Part shown: positions 61,168 to 64,000 of the stretch, piece after piece | Position numbering within the stretch: the first letter of the stretch is position 1 | Layout of the letters: each line of letters starts with the position of its first letter | Origin: Octopus bimaculoides | Lineage: Eukaryota | Reading direction: 5' to 3' | Length of the DNA stretch: 64,000 nucleotides | Assembly (NCBI RefSeq): GCF_001194135.2 | Contig: NC_068981.1 | Coordinates: forward strand, 90,486,052 to 90,550,051 | Notes under the pieces: model-generated | The model's database searches: none | What the model was told of the DNA's origin: nothing | Seen by the model: the letters and a program-made list of their open reading frames with translations, nothing else | Translations under genes and position numbers: made by a program

Positions 61168-62101
61168 CATAAATAAATATATATATATATGAACCCCAGT
61201 ACTTGACTGGTAAGACATCAGCATGATTTGAATGTTGAACAAAAAGAAATGAGTGTAATTTAGGCACAAGACCAGCAATTCTGAGGGTAGGGGTAAGTTG
61301 ATAGTATCACCTCCAATACCTATTGATAATATTTCATTACCATGAAATCACACACCAACAAGCTTCAATCTCAGACTCACAGATGTGCTTTCTCCTCTCT
61401 CTGACATTTCTACTGCTACTACAACTACACTGACTTCTCTTCCTAAACGGTTATGTCCACTTCTCCTCAAGTACTCCTGAATCTCTCTCTACTCACACCT
61501 CTCTCTTTTACTTTGTCATCCATATTGCATCCATCTCACTACATCCATTTCTACCCTCTCGGAACATCAACCTTTTGCATGTGTTTTTCTTGTAGCCATC
61601 AGCTTGCAACTGTTTAGACCTTCAAAGGCCACAGTACAATTCGCTCCTGCTGTACAATCATAAGAAGAAAAAGTCAAAGAAGTTTTCAGAAGAAGAGCTG
61701 CTGAAAGTTGATCTCAAAACACTGAGCCGCACAAAAGAGATAACAAGAGACCACAGTACACGAGGAATCGCTGTACTAGAAAAGACACATCCAAACTATG
61801 TAAGCATGGAAAAAGAGGCACAAAGCATGGATTTAACATCACCATGGAAATGAAAATCTCAACCCATTGACCATTTCTTTAATTTCCACCAAAAATATAT
61901 ATTATTCAAACCGTTACTGCCCTTGCATCAGATCTACATTTTCCTTTAAGTCTAAAACATCATCATCAACATCATTTAATGTCTGTTTTCCATGCCAGCA
62001 AGGGCTGGCCAGTTTGACATTTAATATTATAGATCAATAGCTTAAAAGCAAGACAATGTTTCTCTAGGCACATAGAGACCAAAAGAGTAAAAATGTTTTA
62101 A

Positions 62102-62322
62102 CCCTTTAGTGTTTGCATTATTCTGCCAAAATTAATGCTTTTTCAGCCACATTGTTTTGAACTAATCATGCATTATCTTATAGCTATGAGATTTTGATGA
62201 GGTAGCTGTTAATTTTTAAAACGATATTGTAGGGTTGGTGTGAGAGACCAGATTTGACCAGTTTGAACATAAAACAAGCAGAATACTTTTGGCCGGATAT
62301 GGCCGGTTTAAATGCTAAAGGG
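62102..62322. mobile_element. piggyBac-like MITE family 1
   Basis: TTAA at 62098-62101 and 62323-62326. Confidence 0.87.
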
Positions 62323-62954
62323 TTAATGTTAACACGTTAACATAATACAGAGAAGACTCAGAGCTCACTTAACATCAAATTTCATCATTGAGAACATATT
62401 GTGTAAATCATTAGATTTGTGTGTTCTGTTTTCAGTGAACATTATCATCTTCAGCAGTCTGCAAAATAACCACTTGTATTTTTATATACTTAAGTCCAGA
62501 TCATGTAACTTACTATTAACTTAAGGAGAAATTTAAAAAAAAAATGAGCATGTCAATGTCTCCATGAACACGTCTATTGAAACCAACAACCTACCTGATT
62601 AGGCACATTGCCTAAGTGCTTAGGCTGTTGGTTTCAGTATCATAAAGGCAGTATACTGTGTCCTTCAGCAAAACATTAGTTTACTAACCTAACAAATGCC
62701 CAGCCAAGTGCTGGCAAGAGCTGATGCAGTCCTCACACTCTCCAGCTTTCAAATCTTGGAAATTTCTCTTGGTAAAGAATGAGGGGAGCCAAGAGAGTGT
62801 CTGTGTTTGTTCACAATGACGTAAGCCCCTAAAACAATTAGCAAAAGCATAATACATGTTACCAGATCATGTTTGCTTGAGAGTGATGACTTCAGCTAAT
62901 TATAATTGTCTCAAATTTTAATATTACAGATAAGTTTTTGTTGTATCTTTTTAT

Positions 62955-63335
62955 CTTTTACTGGTTTCAGTCATTAGACTGCAGCCATGCTGGGGCACAG
63001 CCTTGAGGAGTTTTTAGTCGAATGAATCAACCCCAGGACTTACTTTTTAAAAGCCTGGTACTTATTCTATTGGTTTCTTTTGCCAAACTGCGAAGTCACA
63101 TGGATGTAACACACCACCAACACCGGTTGTCAAGCAGTGTGGGGGACGAATACAGACTAACACACACACACAAATATATACAACAGGCTTCTTTCAGTTT
63201 CTGTCTACCAAATCCACTGACAAGGCTTTGGTTGGCTCAAGATTATAGTAGAAGACACTTGCCCAAGGAGCCATGCAGTGGAACTGAACTGGGAACCATT
63301 GTTGGGAAGCAAACTTCTTGCCACACAGCCACATC
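62955..63335 (-). mobile_element. SINE family A (older copy)
   Basis: Reverse complement similarity to other A copies. Confidence 0.8.
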
Positions 63336-64000
63336 AACTTGTCGAATTACATAAGCACAAGCATGGCTGTAAGTAAGTGCCTTCTGCTAATGCCTTACAG
63401 GAAGATTTGATAGGTGGAAACTGCAGAAACTAGTCATATATGTGCATGCACATGCATCTTTCTGTTTGTCTCTCCACCAACTGAACATCCTGCTGTCAAT
63501 TTGTTTATAATCAAGTAAGTTAGCAGTTCACCAAAAAGAAACTACCAGACTTACAATTAGTTCTGAATAGGGAATGGTGTGCAATCTGAACCTTTTAAGC
63601 AAGGCTGCAGTCAAGTAATGCCTGAAAGAAGTACAATATATAGCTATGTCCAGTTCCTAATGTTACTATTGTTCAGCCTCATTCTTTTGCTGTCGCTGAT
63701 CACAACTAGGTTCTTTGGATTATAATCTTAAGGAACAGTCAACCATATCACCTATTTGGTTTTAAAGTTTATTAAAACAGTAGAAGCAGACAATATTAAG
63801 TTATAATTATTTTTGCTTGATATTTGTTAGAATATGTTTAACTAATGATGCATACATCCCAGTCTCACTCAGCTTCATGATGATATTTGCAAGAAAACAA
63901 CCAACTACGGGCATGCCTCGGCTTGAGTCATTTCGATTTAAATTGCTCTTGATTATATGTTGGTTTTCAAAAATAATATATGGAAAAATAAAAATCAAGT

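Overview
Repeat-rich, gapped animal genomic DNA. The SINE/LINE/MITE families and very dense CA/TA/GAT microsatellites point to an octopus (coleoid cephalopod); this is inference, not a database result. Two convergent multi-exon genes were reconstructed by hand from splice sites and reading-frame phases. On + is the 3' part of TXNDC16/ERp90 (14 exons, 937-32403, about 562 aa; 5' end upstream of the window). On - is the complete FBXO38/MoKA CDS (14 coding exons, ATG 59618 to stop 36452, about 1615 aa, plus a candidate 21-nt microexon). Introns and intergenic DNA hold several tRNA-derived SINE families, RTE-type LINE 3' fragments (one with an intact PHD finger), TTAA-flanked piggyBac-like MITEs and a Gypsy remnant. 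The most notable observations are a miR-31-family-like hairpin at 19520-19584 inside an unusually CpG-retaining 8-kb TXNDC16 intronic block, a dense housekeeping-type promoter motif cluster inside another TXNDC16 intron (8531-8660), an HMGN-like RRSARL motif in the FBXO38 N-terminus, and several fold-back palindromes that would give intronic dsRNA. Comparisons with human proteins and miRNAs are from recalled sequences and need confirmation by alignment.
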